From the NCBI GenBank assembly GCA_013215105.1, contig JABSPL010000199.1, positions 1 to 64,000 of the forward strand: a stretch of 64,000 nt of DNA, read 5' to 3'. The position numbers and the translations under genes were made by a program. This DNA comes from Flavobacteriaceae bacterium (GTDB lineage: Bacteria > Bacteroidota > Bacteroidia > Flavobacteriales > Flavobacteriaceae). The notes under the pieces were generated by a model. The model saw nothing but the letters and a program-made list of their open reading frames with translations, did not search any database and was not told where the DNA came from. Positions 21,011 through 29,792 of the stretch are shown one piece after another; positions within the stretch are counted from its first letter, which is position 1, and each line of letters begins with the position of its first letter.

Positions 21011-21535
21011 TTATATTTTATTTAAAATCCAATTCGATATTTTTTCAATTCGGAATATTATTATTAGCGTCAAAATTGCTTTTAGAATATAGTTTGCAAC
21101 TGCAAAATCAGGCAATTCAATTTCTTTGTTTCCATTCAGCATTGAAATAAATTTTATGCAATATTCAATCAAGCCAGGAAGCAGATAAAACATTTTAGCT
21201 AACCAAATAATAGCAACTGTCAATAAAATCACTTTAGTCAGTGATTTTGGATTCAATTCGGTTTTGATTTCGCTTTTCGTTTTCACGAGCTTTTTAGAAA
21301 TCCAGTCCGCTTTTATGAAAAGAAATAAAGAAACAATGATATTCGCAACAGTCAGAAATGTTCCCGTAAAATAGAATTTATCTATCGGTTCACTAAGTAA
21401 TTCGTCAAATCTGGCCATTGTTGCGGTTCCGTAAATTGAAAAGAAATAAGCTCCGAAATGGTCAAAAATTTCAGTAAATAAATAAATTCCAGCTATTCTT
21501 AAAATTAAGGTTGTTAAGGTTTGGTTCGTCATCAA
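21011..21535 (-). CDS. hypothetical 4-TM membrane protein
   Basis: four hydrophobic helices; 174 aa. Confidence 0.5.
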   Translation of the reverse strand: MMTNQTLTTLILRIAGIYLFTEIFDHFGAYFFSIYGTATMARFDELLSEPIDKFYFTGTFLTVANIIVSLFLFIKADWISKKLVKTKSEIKTELNPKSLTKVILLTVAIIWLAKMFYLLPGLIEYCIKFISMLNGNKEIELPDFAVANYILKAILTLIIIFRIEKISNWILNKI

Positions 21536-21741
21536 TTTTTAGGTTGGTTTATATGTTGCACAATCCCCAAATATAAATAATTAATATCATCCATCTAAGT
21601 TAATATCTATGTTATTTGCCATTTTGATTTATATAACACTACAAGTGCTGAGATGTAACTAATTAAATTACGGATAAAACAGTAAGCCGTAGGGATTGCT
21701 TCGTGCCTCGCAATGACGTATTGTTAATTGTTCTTAATGAC

Positions 21742-21782
21742 TGTGGGGTTTAGTATGTTCAAGAAGTGTCAACTATTATTCA
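21742..21782. repeat. 41-bp perfect direct repeat, right copy
   Basis: identical to 19789-19829. Confidence 0.9.
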
Positions 21783-21861
21783 ATACAATTCAATTTAAAC
21801 AGACTACTTTGTCAACTTAAGGTGTTTGGGGAGGTTCTGTTTGTTTTTTTGTTTTGGTGTC

Positions 21862-22005
21862 TTTCGGTATGGGTTGTGTTACCTGTGCTTAGCATACCCA
21901 GAAGAGCGAGGGGAAAAGATTTTTAGAGTAGTAGTATATTTGATAGATTAGATTTTGAGAATGCTCCTCTATGGTTATGCCATGCTGTAGAGATCTATTT
22001 GTTTT
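21862..22005 (+). repeat. stop-codon-anchored 3' repeat element R1, including a 22-codon C-terminal gene remnant (…SVWVVLPVLSIPRRARGKDF*)
   Basis: about 90% identical by eye to 24164-24300; core 'tttttagagtagta..gatagattagattttgagaatgc.cctctatggtta' shared with 25338-25425. Confidence 0.7.
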
Positions 22006-22156
22006 AGTAAGTTTAATATATTATCTGCTTAGTGTTTTTTTAGTTTCAATTATCATTACACTTGAAAGTTAAAAATATTATGTATATTTAACCTTCTTTA
22101 GGTGAAAAGAGAGCATATTGCTTAATTCAACCTTTAGATAGAATAACCATTTTAAA

Positions 22157-23023
22157 ATGAAAAAAAATACAGTATTAAAATTTATTTTTTGTTTATTACT
22201 ATTAATAGCTTGTAACGAAAATAAAGATAATCTACACACTGATATAAATTCAGAATGGTTTGATATTGACGATATAGGTCATAAAACTTATAGTCTCGAA
22301 GAACCTAAAAGCGATCAACACAACGTGAGTTATTTGCTTTTAGGAGACTCTAAAGCTATTGTATTTGACACCGGATCGGGAGAAAACAAGGCTATAAACG
22401 GTTTTAAAATTAAACCAATTATAGATGAACTAACCAAACTACCTGTCACATTACTAATGTCTCATTTTCACTTTGACCACAATCAAAATATACATGAATT
22501 TAGTAATATAGGTTTTCCCGATTTGAGCTTTTTAAAAAATAATGTTAGCTCTAACGATATTTACACTTTTACTTCCGAAGATTTATTTTATGGTAATTAT
22601 CCTTCAGAAGTAAAAGTTAACAAATGGCTACCTATAAATACCGATATTGACTTAGGTAACAGAATTATTCAACTTGTAAATATACCTGGGCATACCGATG
22701 AGTCTATCGCTATTATTGATAAAACCAACAAAATGGCATTTCTAGGTGATTATCTTTATAATGGCACCTTGTTTTTATTTAACAATAATGATATCACTCT
22801 TTACAAAAAAAGCATAAAACACCTTGTTTCCATATTAGACAGCGATTACAAACTATTTGGGGCACATGGATCTCCAAAAATTGAATATAATAAGTTATCC
22901 AAATTGAATAACTTTCTTATTTGCATTGAAAATAATGAATGTCAATATATAGCCGAAAAATTATGGGGCGAAGATGTGTTTATCTACAAATATGAGGGTA
23001 TGGAAATTCTAATTTTTCAATAA
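22157..23023 (+). CDS. MBL-fold metallo-hydrolase lipoprotein
   Basis: HFHFDH motif, lipobox LIACNE. Confidence 0.75.
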   Translation: MKKNTVLKFIFCLLLLIACNENKDNLHTDINSEWFDIDDIGHKTYSLEEPKSDQHNVSYLLLGDSKAIVFDTGSGENKAINGFKIKPIIDELTKLPVTLLMSHFHFDHNQNIHEFSNIGFPDLSFLKNNVSSNDIYTFTSEDLFYGNYPSEVKVNKWLPINTDIDLGNRIIQLVNIPGHTDESIAIIDKTNKMAFLGDYLYNGTLFLFNNNDITLYKKSIKHLVSILDSDYKLFGAHGSPKIEYNKLSKLNNFLICIENNECQYIAEKLWGEDVFIYKYEGMEILIFQ

Positions 23024-23045
23024 ACCTGACCTCCTTTATTATTGC

Positions 23046-23834
23046 CTAATTTATACTTTTTATTTTTTTTATTGCTTTGTTTGGGTAATTAGTAATTAGC
23101 CCATCTAATTTCAAATCTATTAGATATTGCATTTTTTCTTCATCATCTACGGTATACTTCCATACCTCTATGCCATAACTATGCGCTAAGTCCATAAAGT
23201 CTTTTGTTATTGTAGTTTTAGACCCTACTCCTATAGCATTAGAATTTATCATTTTGGCATATTCTAAAGTGTTTTTGTCTGCATAACCTTTTAAATACAG
23301 TATTTGTATGTTTTTATCTAGTTCTCGTATTTTGGAAATTACAGGGTAAGAGAATGAAAATATAATAACTTCTTCATTCATTTCTAGGTCGTTTATTATT
23401 TTTAACACACCTTCCTCTATTCCATCCACTTTTATTTCTATACAAACCTTTATTTTGCCTTTAGCCAACATCAATGACTCTCTCAGAGTTGGTATTTTTT
23501 CATCTTTATACTTATCGCTAAACTTATCAGGGTAGCCAACTCTTACATCTACTAACTCCTGATATGTCATATTTGCAACATATCCTTTTTTCGAAAAACT
23601 AGTTTTATCTACAGATGAATCATGAATCACAACTATAGAATCGTTTTTAGTCTTATGTACGTCTAATTCGAAATAATCGGCTCCAGAGTCTATAGCTTTA
23701 CTAAAAGCAATTAAAGTATTTTCTGGAGCTATACTAGAAAAACCACGATGTGCTATTATCTTGGTTTGAGAGTTTATTGTCATTGATATTAATAATAACA
23801 ATGACAATATGTTTTGTTTTTTAATTATATTCAT
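23046..23834 (-). CDS. glycerophosphodiester phosphodiesterase (GDPD) family, secreted
   Basis: 'HRGFSSIAPENTLIAF...ADYFELDVHKTKD' GDPD catalytic motif. Confidence 0.85.
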   Translation of the reverse strand: MNIIKKQNILSLLLLISMTINSQTKIIAHRGFSSIAPENTLIAFSKAIDSGADYFELDVHKTKNDSIVVIHDSSVDKTSFSKKGYVANMTYQELVDVRVGYPDKFSDKYKDEKIPTLRESLMLAKGKIKVCIEIKVDGIEEGVLKIINDLEMNEEVIIFSFSYPVISKIRELDKNIQILYLKGYADKNTLEYAKMINSNAIGVGSKTTITKDFMDLAHSYGIEVWKYTVDDEEKMQYLIDLKLDGLITNYPNKAIKKIKSIN

Positions 23835-23893
23835 GAGTAGTTTGTTTGTGTTTAGTTATCCGTTTACGACTATACAAATATATACTTATTTAG

Positions 23894-24229
23894 GTGTCAA
23901 CTGTATTGTTAAGCGCCGTGAAGCCTATATTTAACCTAAACATAACGAGCTGTATACAATGGGGGTTTTTGCTTTCTTTAGTACTGTTACAAGAATATTA
24001 TTTAGGTGAATTCTCGCTAATAGTAACTATGTTTAACCCTATAGACCTTTCCAGAATATTGTTATTGTTACAACTTGACATAGCAGCATTACTAGGATAT
24101 ACTGGAGCAGTATTCCAAAAATTCTTTGGTACTAGTATGGGGATGATAACCTCTATAGCTATGCTTTCGGTATGGGTTGTGTTACCTGTGCTTAGTATAC
24201 CCGGAAGAGCGAGGAAGAAAGATTTTTAG
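23894..24229 (+). CDS. hypothetical membrane-protein fragment (probable gene remnant)
   Basis: no N-terminal context; C-terminal 22 aa and 3' flank repeated at 21862. Confidence 0.35.
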   Translation: MSTVLLSAVKPIFNLNITSCIQWGFLLSLVLLQEYYLGEFSLIVTMFNPIDLSRILLLLQLDIAALLGYTGAVFQKFFGTSMGMITSIAMLSVWVVLPVLSIPGRARKKDF

Positions 24230-24300
24230 AGTAGTAATAGTAGATTTGATAGATTAGATTTTGAAAATGCCCCTCTATGGTTAGCCATGCCTATAAATGT
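24164..24300 (+). repeat. 3' repeat element R2
   Basis: see R1. Confidence 0.7.
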
Positions 24301-24379
24301 GTGTTTTTTTAAATTAAATATCTAATTACAGAGATATATTATCTTTTTAAAGTATTTGTGCTGATTTGTAAATTGGAAG

Positions 24380-25345
24380 TTGTTTTTTAAACAATATATT
24401 TGTAACCACAATCATAAAACCTTTTTAATGAAAATTAAAACACAGTATATCCTAATTCTTGTATTAGTTATATTAATTTCTTGTAAAGAAAAAATTAAAA
24501 CAGAAAACAACAATACGACTATAAATATAAAATCATCAAAAAAAGAAGAGGTAAAACCTTATAAGATATATAATAGTGAAGTTTTTTCTATAAAATCGGA
24601 TATTATAGGGAAGGAGTATAAGATATATGTCAAATTACCTAAATCTTATAAAAAATCAGACAAGAGCTATCCTATATTGATGCTTACTGATGCTAATTAT
24701 TCATTCCCTTTAGTTTCGTCTATTTACCGAAGACTGAGTTCTAAGGTTGATCCGTTTATTATAATTGGTATTTCTTACGCAAAGGGAGAGCATTTCGGAA
24801 CAAGTAGGACAAGGGACTATACACCTACGTATTCTCCTAATGAACCAAATGGCTATACAAAAGAATCAAGACTTTCATCAGGGCAAGCAGATAAATTTAT
24901 AGATTTTATGACTAATCAGCTGATGGTTACTTTACAAAACAAATACAGAATAGACGCTAGTAAAAAAGTGTTTGCAGGGCATTCGTTAGGAGGTTTACTG
25001 GCAAACTATATGGTTGTGAGCAAGCCCGAAAGCTTTGATTATTATCTGTCAGGAAGTCCTTCACTCTGGTATCATGATAAATCTATATTAGAAATAGAAG
25101 AGAAATATAGTAAAACTGTAAGTGATATAAAAGCTAATTTGTTTATGTGTATAGGAGGTAAAGAAGAAACTCAAGGAGAGTATAAAATGATATCGGATAT
25201 GTACGAATTTCAGAAAAAACTACTGTCTAGAAACTACAAAAGCTTAAATATAAAAAGTGTAGTTGTAGACGATGAAGACCATGAAACGGTATACCCTAGT
25301 TTTATAACAAAAGGTATTATTATGGCTTTTGGCAAAGGTTTTTAG
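24380..25345 (+). CDS. alpha/beta-hydrolase esterase (putative esterase / enterochelin-esterase-like) lipoprotein
   Basis: GHSLGG nucleophile elbow; lipobox LISCKE. Confidence 0.75.
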   Translation: MFFKQYICNHNHKTFLMKIKTQYILILVLVILISCKEKIKTENNNTTINIKSSKKEEVKPYKIYNSEVFSIKSDIIGKEYKIYVKLPKSYKKSDKSYPILMLTDANYSFPLVSSIYRRLSSKVDPFIIIGISYAKGEHFGTSRTRDYTPTYSPNEPNGYTKESRLSSGQADKFIDFMTNQLMVTLQNKYRIDASKKVFAGHSLGGLLANYMVVSKPESFDYYLSGSPSLWYHDKSILEIEEKYSKTVSDIKANLFMCIGGKEETQGEYKMISDMYEFQKKLLSRNYKSLNIKSVVVDDEDHETVYPSFITKGIIMAFGKGF

Positions 25346-25425
25346 AGTAATAGTAGATATGATAGATTAGATTTTGAGAATACCCCTCTATGGTTACGTC
25401 ATGATGTAGAGAGGTGTTTTTTTCG
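25338..25425 (+). repeat. 3' repeat element R3 (starts at the stop codon of the esterase gene; contains hairpin + T7)
   Basis: see R1. Confidence 0.7.
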
Positions 25426-25443
25426 GTTTAGTATTTATAAAAG

Positions 25444-25929
25444 TTATCTGTTCATATAAAGCTGAGCACAAGCACGAGCATCAGAAAGAGCATCGTGATG
25501 TTGTAATTCTATATTGTCAACAGCGCAACATTCGTTAAGTTTTCCTGAAGGATATCTATCGTTTGCTCTGCACATTTTCATGGTGCATTCCCATTTTTCC
25601 TGTATGTTTAATTCAGAATAATCAAGGTTGTTTTCTGCCATTGTTTTTTGCAATACTCTACGGTCGAACGATTCGTTATGAGCAACTACGATTTTTCCTT
25701 GCATTCTTTTTCTTATTTCAGGGTAAATTTCAGAAAAATCATGAGCATTACGAGTGTCCTGAGCAGTAATACCGTGAACCTTGGTTGTAAACCAGCTATA
25801 CTCATTGTTAGGTGGTTTTATTAATGTGTGATATTCGTCTATTATTATACCGTCTTTGATAGTGACAATACCAACGGAACAAATATGATGTTGTATTGCT
25901 GTTTCAAAATCTATTGCTATAAAATTCAT
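25444..25929 (-). CDS. DEDDh 3'-5' exonuclease (DnaQ/epsilon-like domain)
   Basis: Exo I 'AIDFETA', Exo II 'VVAHNESFD', Exo III 'HHDALSDA'. Confidence 0.8.
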   Translation of the reverse strand: MNFIAIDFETAIQHHICSVGIVTIKDGIIIDEYHTLIKPPNNEYSWFTTKVHGITAQDTRNAHDFSEIYPEIRKRMQGKIVVAHNESFDRRVLQKTMAENNLDYSELNIQEKWECTMKMCRANDRYPSGKLNECCAVDNIELQHHDALSDARACAQLYMNR

Positions 25930-26149
25930 TATTTGATGTTTTATTTGAGTTTTTGTATTAGTTTTCGGACTTCTTGCAAAACTACAATATTAATAAATAT
26001 TTCTTGATTAATATTGTCTGTACCTGTGTGAGACGAAAAAGGAAAGTCTAATTCCCATGGTTTATTGGCTATTTTTATTTTATAGCTTTTATCTATTGTA
26101 ACAAAAAATATTTGATATCGTCTTGATAGAGTAATATAAATAAAAACAC

Positions 26150-26671
26150 ATGAATAAAATATTTAAAATAGCGTATAGATTAGTTCAAATAGTATCGGTA
26201 ACAGTATGGTCTTTTTCATCAATTATGTTTGTTGTCTCTATTCTGTCAATTGTAGAATATTCTTCTGGATATGATTTTTCGTTCATAGAAATATTATCAA
26301 ATGATACAAATGATTTAGCAAAAGCACATCTTTTTGGGTCTGTAGATATAAAAGTAAATACTATTTTGACTGTTGGAGGAGTTATTCTGTTATGGATGTT
26401 TATTTTCTATTATAGCTATTTTCTATATTTATTATTAAGAATTTTGAAAAATATAAAAGGGATTAAATTGCTAAAAACATTCTCTTTATACAATATAATC
26501 CCGTCAATAATAGGCTGTATAGTTATTGTTTATAATCTGATTGTTAATGGCGTTTATAAATCAAAATCGGATATCCTATCATTTTCGGCAATGCACTTGC
26601 TTATATTTGTTTTTAGTTTCGTGATTTATTACAAATTGAGTTTAAAACAGGAAGAGAAATTATCATATTGA
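26150..26671 (+). CDS. hypothetical membrane protein
   Basis: 4-5 hydrophobic helices, no recognisable domain. Confidence 0.45.
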   Translation: MNKIFKIAYRLVQIVSVTVWSFSSIMFVVSILSIVEYSSGYDFSFIEILSNDTNDLAKAHLFGSVDIKVNTILTVGGVILLWMFIFYYSYFLYLLLRILKNIKGIKLLKTFSLYNIIPSIIGCIVIVYNLIVNGVYKSKSDILSFSAMHLLIFVFSFVIYYKLSLKQEEKLSY

Positions 26672-26865
26672 TTATAAATTTAATGTATTCATAAAGCTAG
26701 ATGCTAATATTATCAAATATTGATATGCTATACATCTTGTTTTACTTAGTGGTACAAGTCTATTAAGGAGTAATCTGTCTTTTGTTTATAATTCCAAAAG
26801 ACAGCTCTCTTAGACTATAATGTTACAGTAAAACCGTATTTATATATTACTGTTTTATATTTGTT

Positions 26866-27324
26866 TTAGGTGTTATATATGATAGCCCCACTAACAATGG
26901 CTGTATATAATAATCCTGATGCTTTTGGCTTGAGAAAACCAATACCGTCGATTGCTAAGATGAAAATTGTAGGGAACATAATAGAGTTAAATAAGCCCAC
27001 TGCCAAAATACTCCACATACTTACCAAACCAGTAGTACTAATTGATATTAATATCAGAGTAGTAGTAAAGAAGGCAAAAATCCCGAGTGCTTTTCCTGGT
27101 TTTATTATCTTGATAAGACAATATCCTGCAAAACGACCTACCATAGCACCAGACCAATATACTGTTACAAACACACCTGCTATGGCTTTATTATCGTTTT
27201 GGGTAATCCCATAACTAAGTATAGTTTTGGTAATAATATAGTCATACCGCCTATTATAATAAAATACGCCAACATAAATACCCAAAATATACGATATGAT
27301 GCCGCAGTATAAAAAAGTAAGCAA
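26866..27324 (-). pseudogene. MFS transporter (FucP/GluP-like) C-terminal fragment
   Basis: C-terminal half only ('GAMVGRF...KPGK...MFPTIF..'), TTG-initiated ORF, stops immediately upstream. Confidence 0.5.
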
Positions 27325-27872
27325 CCCAATGCCATTGTCGTTAACCCCAAAATGATTCCTTTATCAGATATCGGAGGTGTTCTGTGACAATATAATCTAT
27401 AATTATTGCCAACCTCTATTTTATGAATTCCCCAACCTCCATATTATATATCAAAACTATTCAAATCGAATCGTGTTATCTTATCAGCCCATTTTTGGCA
27501 TAAGTACAAGTGTTTTCCGTCTGAACTTATGTCTAAATCATAAAAGCGAGTTTCTTTTAATAAAAGTGAATTAACTTCTGCTTTTTCAGAATTATTATCT
27601 AAAATTATCAATCCATAATCTGTAGAGTAATCATCTCCTAGTATGGATTATGTTTTGTTTGTATTTTGTTAGTTTTTAGAACTTATCATAATATTTATGT
27701 AGTTTGCTATTTACTTACGTATTTCTTCTTTTTATTAAACTAATCATTGTTTTTCATTTTTATTTAGGATATAAACGTGAATATACTAAAAAAAACAAAC
27801 ATTTATTAAGTTGTAGGTGGTTCTAATTTTATATATTTACACCCGTAATATTAACCAACAATAATCAATTAA

Positions 27873-29792
27873 ATGAATAGACTAAATAAATTTCTTTTAT
27901 TTTGCTTCATATGCTTGTCATCAAGTGTAGTTCTAGCGCAAAACAAAGACTTATCTTACAATTATATACCTGAAGATATGCTCAAAAACTGTGATGCAGT
28001 AATCAGAATAGATAATATGGATATAGAAATAATATCGCAAGACTTAATGAAAATAAAGACGAGTTTTGCTATTACTGTAATTAACGAATCGGGCGACCAT
28101 TATAGTAGAGTTGTAATTCCTTATGACAAACACACTACTATTAAAAAAGTGAAAACAACTATTTACAACGAAGCTGGAGAGAAAATAAAAACTATAAAAA
28201 AAAGTAAATTCAGAGACTATAGTGCTGTAAGTAGTGGTACATTATATTCTGACAGTAGAGTATTAGCTTACGTTTATAGTTCTCCCAAATACCCATATAC
28301 TATTTATAATGAGCAAGAAATAGTGACTTCTAACACTTTTAGTATTCCTAGATGGGTTTCGGTTTCTGGATACAATACCTCTGTAGAAGAAAGCTCTTAT
28401 AAGCTTAAGAGTCTTAAGAACAAGTTTATGGTGAAAACCGATAATTTTGAAGACCCGAATATAAACTACACAGCTACAGATACCGAAATAAATATAAAGC
28501 TAAAAAACATAAAACCGATGAAAGGTGAGAGTATGTCAGGTTCTTTTATGAGTAAAGTACCCAATATACAGGTTTCTTTGGAAAACTTCAACTTATGTGG
28601 AGTACAAGGAACGGCAAAAAACTGGAGTGAATACGGAAAATGGTTTAACGACAACCTATTAAATGACAGCTCTATTATCGATCAGAAAACCTTATCAGAA
28701 ATAGACGAATTAACTAAAGATATAAGTTCGGACAGAGAAAAAGCTAAGCTAGTGTACGAATATGTACAAACTAAAATGAGGTATATAAGCGTACAGGTTG
28801 GTATAGGAGGTTTTCAGCCTATAACTGCTGATATAGTAGACAAGGCAAGCTATGGAGACTGTAAGGGATTATCCAATTACACCAAAAGACTGTTAGAATA
28901 CGTAAAAGTTCCAGCATATTTTGCTTTCGTAAAAGCAGGAAGCACAGGTAAAGGCTGTGAAGAAACTTTTTCGTCTATGACTCAGTTTAACCACGTTGTA
29001 TTATATCTTCCTATGCAAGAAAATAATGAAATATGGTTAGAGTGTACAAGTAAAGACTCTCCGTTCGGATATGTAAGTAACTTTACCGACGACAGAAATG
29101 TATTTATCCCTATGGGTGAAGACGGAAAAGTAATGAAGACTCCTAGTTATGAAAGTTCTGAAAACAGCAGACTAACCAATGCTGATATCAATATAGATGA
29201 GTACGGAAATATAGAAGCTAAAGTAAGTATTAATACAAAAGGAATACTTTATGGTAATCATTATTTTCTGAAAGATAGAGATCCTGATTATTTGAATAAA
29301 TACTATAAAAAGAACTACTGGCACTATTTGAGTAATGCTGAAATAAAAAACATAAGCTTCGATAATGATAAAGATAATATAGAGTTTACCGAGAAATTAG
29401 ATGTAAACATCAGTAATTATATAGGTAAAGTAGGCGATGATAATATAATTTGCTTAAATATATTTGACAAAGATGTATATAACCCTAGTAAATACCGAAA
29501 CAGAAAATTTGGGCTAAAAATAAGAAGAGGTTATACAAAAGAGGCTTCTTATAATATAAAAACACCTGTAGGATACAAAATAAACATAGATGATAGTTCT
29601 CGTAATTTGGAAAGTGAATTCGGTAGTTATAGCTCCGAAATAACCGAAACCGAATCAGGTAAATACATCTATAAACGTAAGCTTGTTATAAACAAAGGTG
29701 ATTACCCTAAGGAAAAATACAAGGTTTATTCTAAGTTTCTGAAAACAATAAAAAAAATGGACAACACAAAACTATTACTTAGCAAAATATAA
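27873..29792 (+). CDS. DUF3857 / transglutaminase-like cysteine-protease-fold / DUF3858 protein (predicted active: Cys-His-Asp present)
   Basis: 'YGDCKGLSNYTKRLLEYVKVPAYFA' Cys motif and 'FNHVVLY' His motif. Confidence 0.75.
   Translation: MNRLNKFLLFCFICLSSSVVLAQNKDLSYNYIPEDMLKNCDAVIRIDNMDIEIISQDLMKIKTSFAITVINESGDHYSRVVIPYDKHTTIKKVKTTIYNEAGEKIKTIKKSKFRDYSAVSSGTLYSDSRVLAYVYSSPKYPYTIYNEQEIVTSNTFSIPRWVSVSGYNTSVEESSYKLKSLKNKFMVKTDNFEDPNINYTATDTEINIKLKNIKPMKGESMSGSFMSKVPNIQVSLENFNLCGVQGTAKNWSEYGKWFNDNLLNDSSIIDQKTLSEIDELTKDISSDREKAKLVYEYVQTKMRYISVQVGIGGFQPITADIVDKASYGDCKGLSNYTKRLLEYVKVPAYFAFVKAGSTGKGCEETFSSMTQFNHVVLYLPMQENNEIWLECTSKDSPFGYVSNFTDDRNVFIPMGEDGKVMKTPSYESSENSRLTNADINIDEYGNIEAKVSINTKGILYGNHYFLKDRDPDYLNKYYKKNYWHYLSNAEIKNISFDNDKDNIEFTEKLDVNISNYIGKVGDDNIICLNIFDKDVYNPSKYRNRKFGLKIRRGYTKEASYNIKTPVGYKINIDDSSRNLESEFGSYSSEITETESGKYIYKRKLVINKGDYPKEKYKVYSKFLKTIKKMDNTKLLLSKI

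Noticed and set aside
21862-25425. Possibility that the R1-R3 elements are integron attC sites (CALIN)
   Set aside because: No GTTRRRY/RYYYAAC core pair and no extended imperfect palindrome typical of attC are present, and no intI is nearby.
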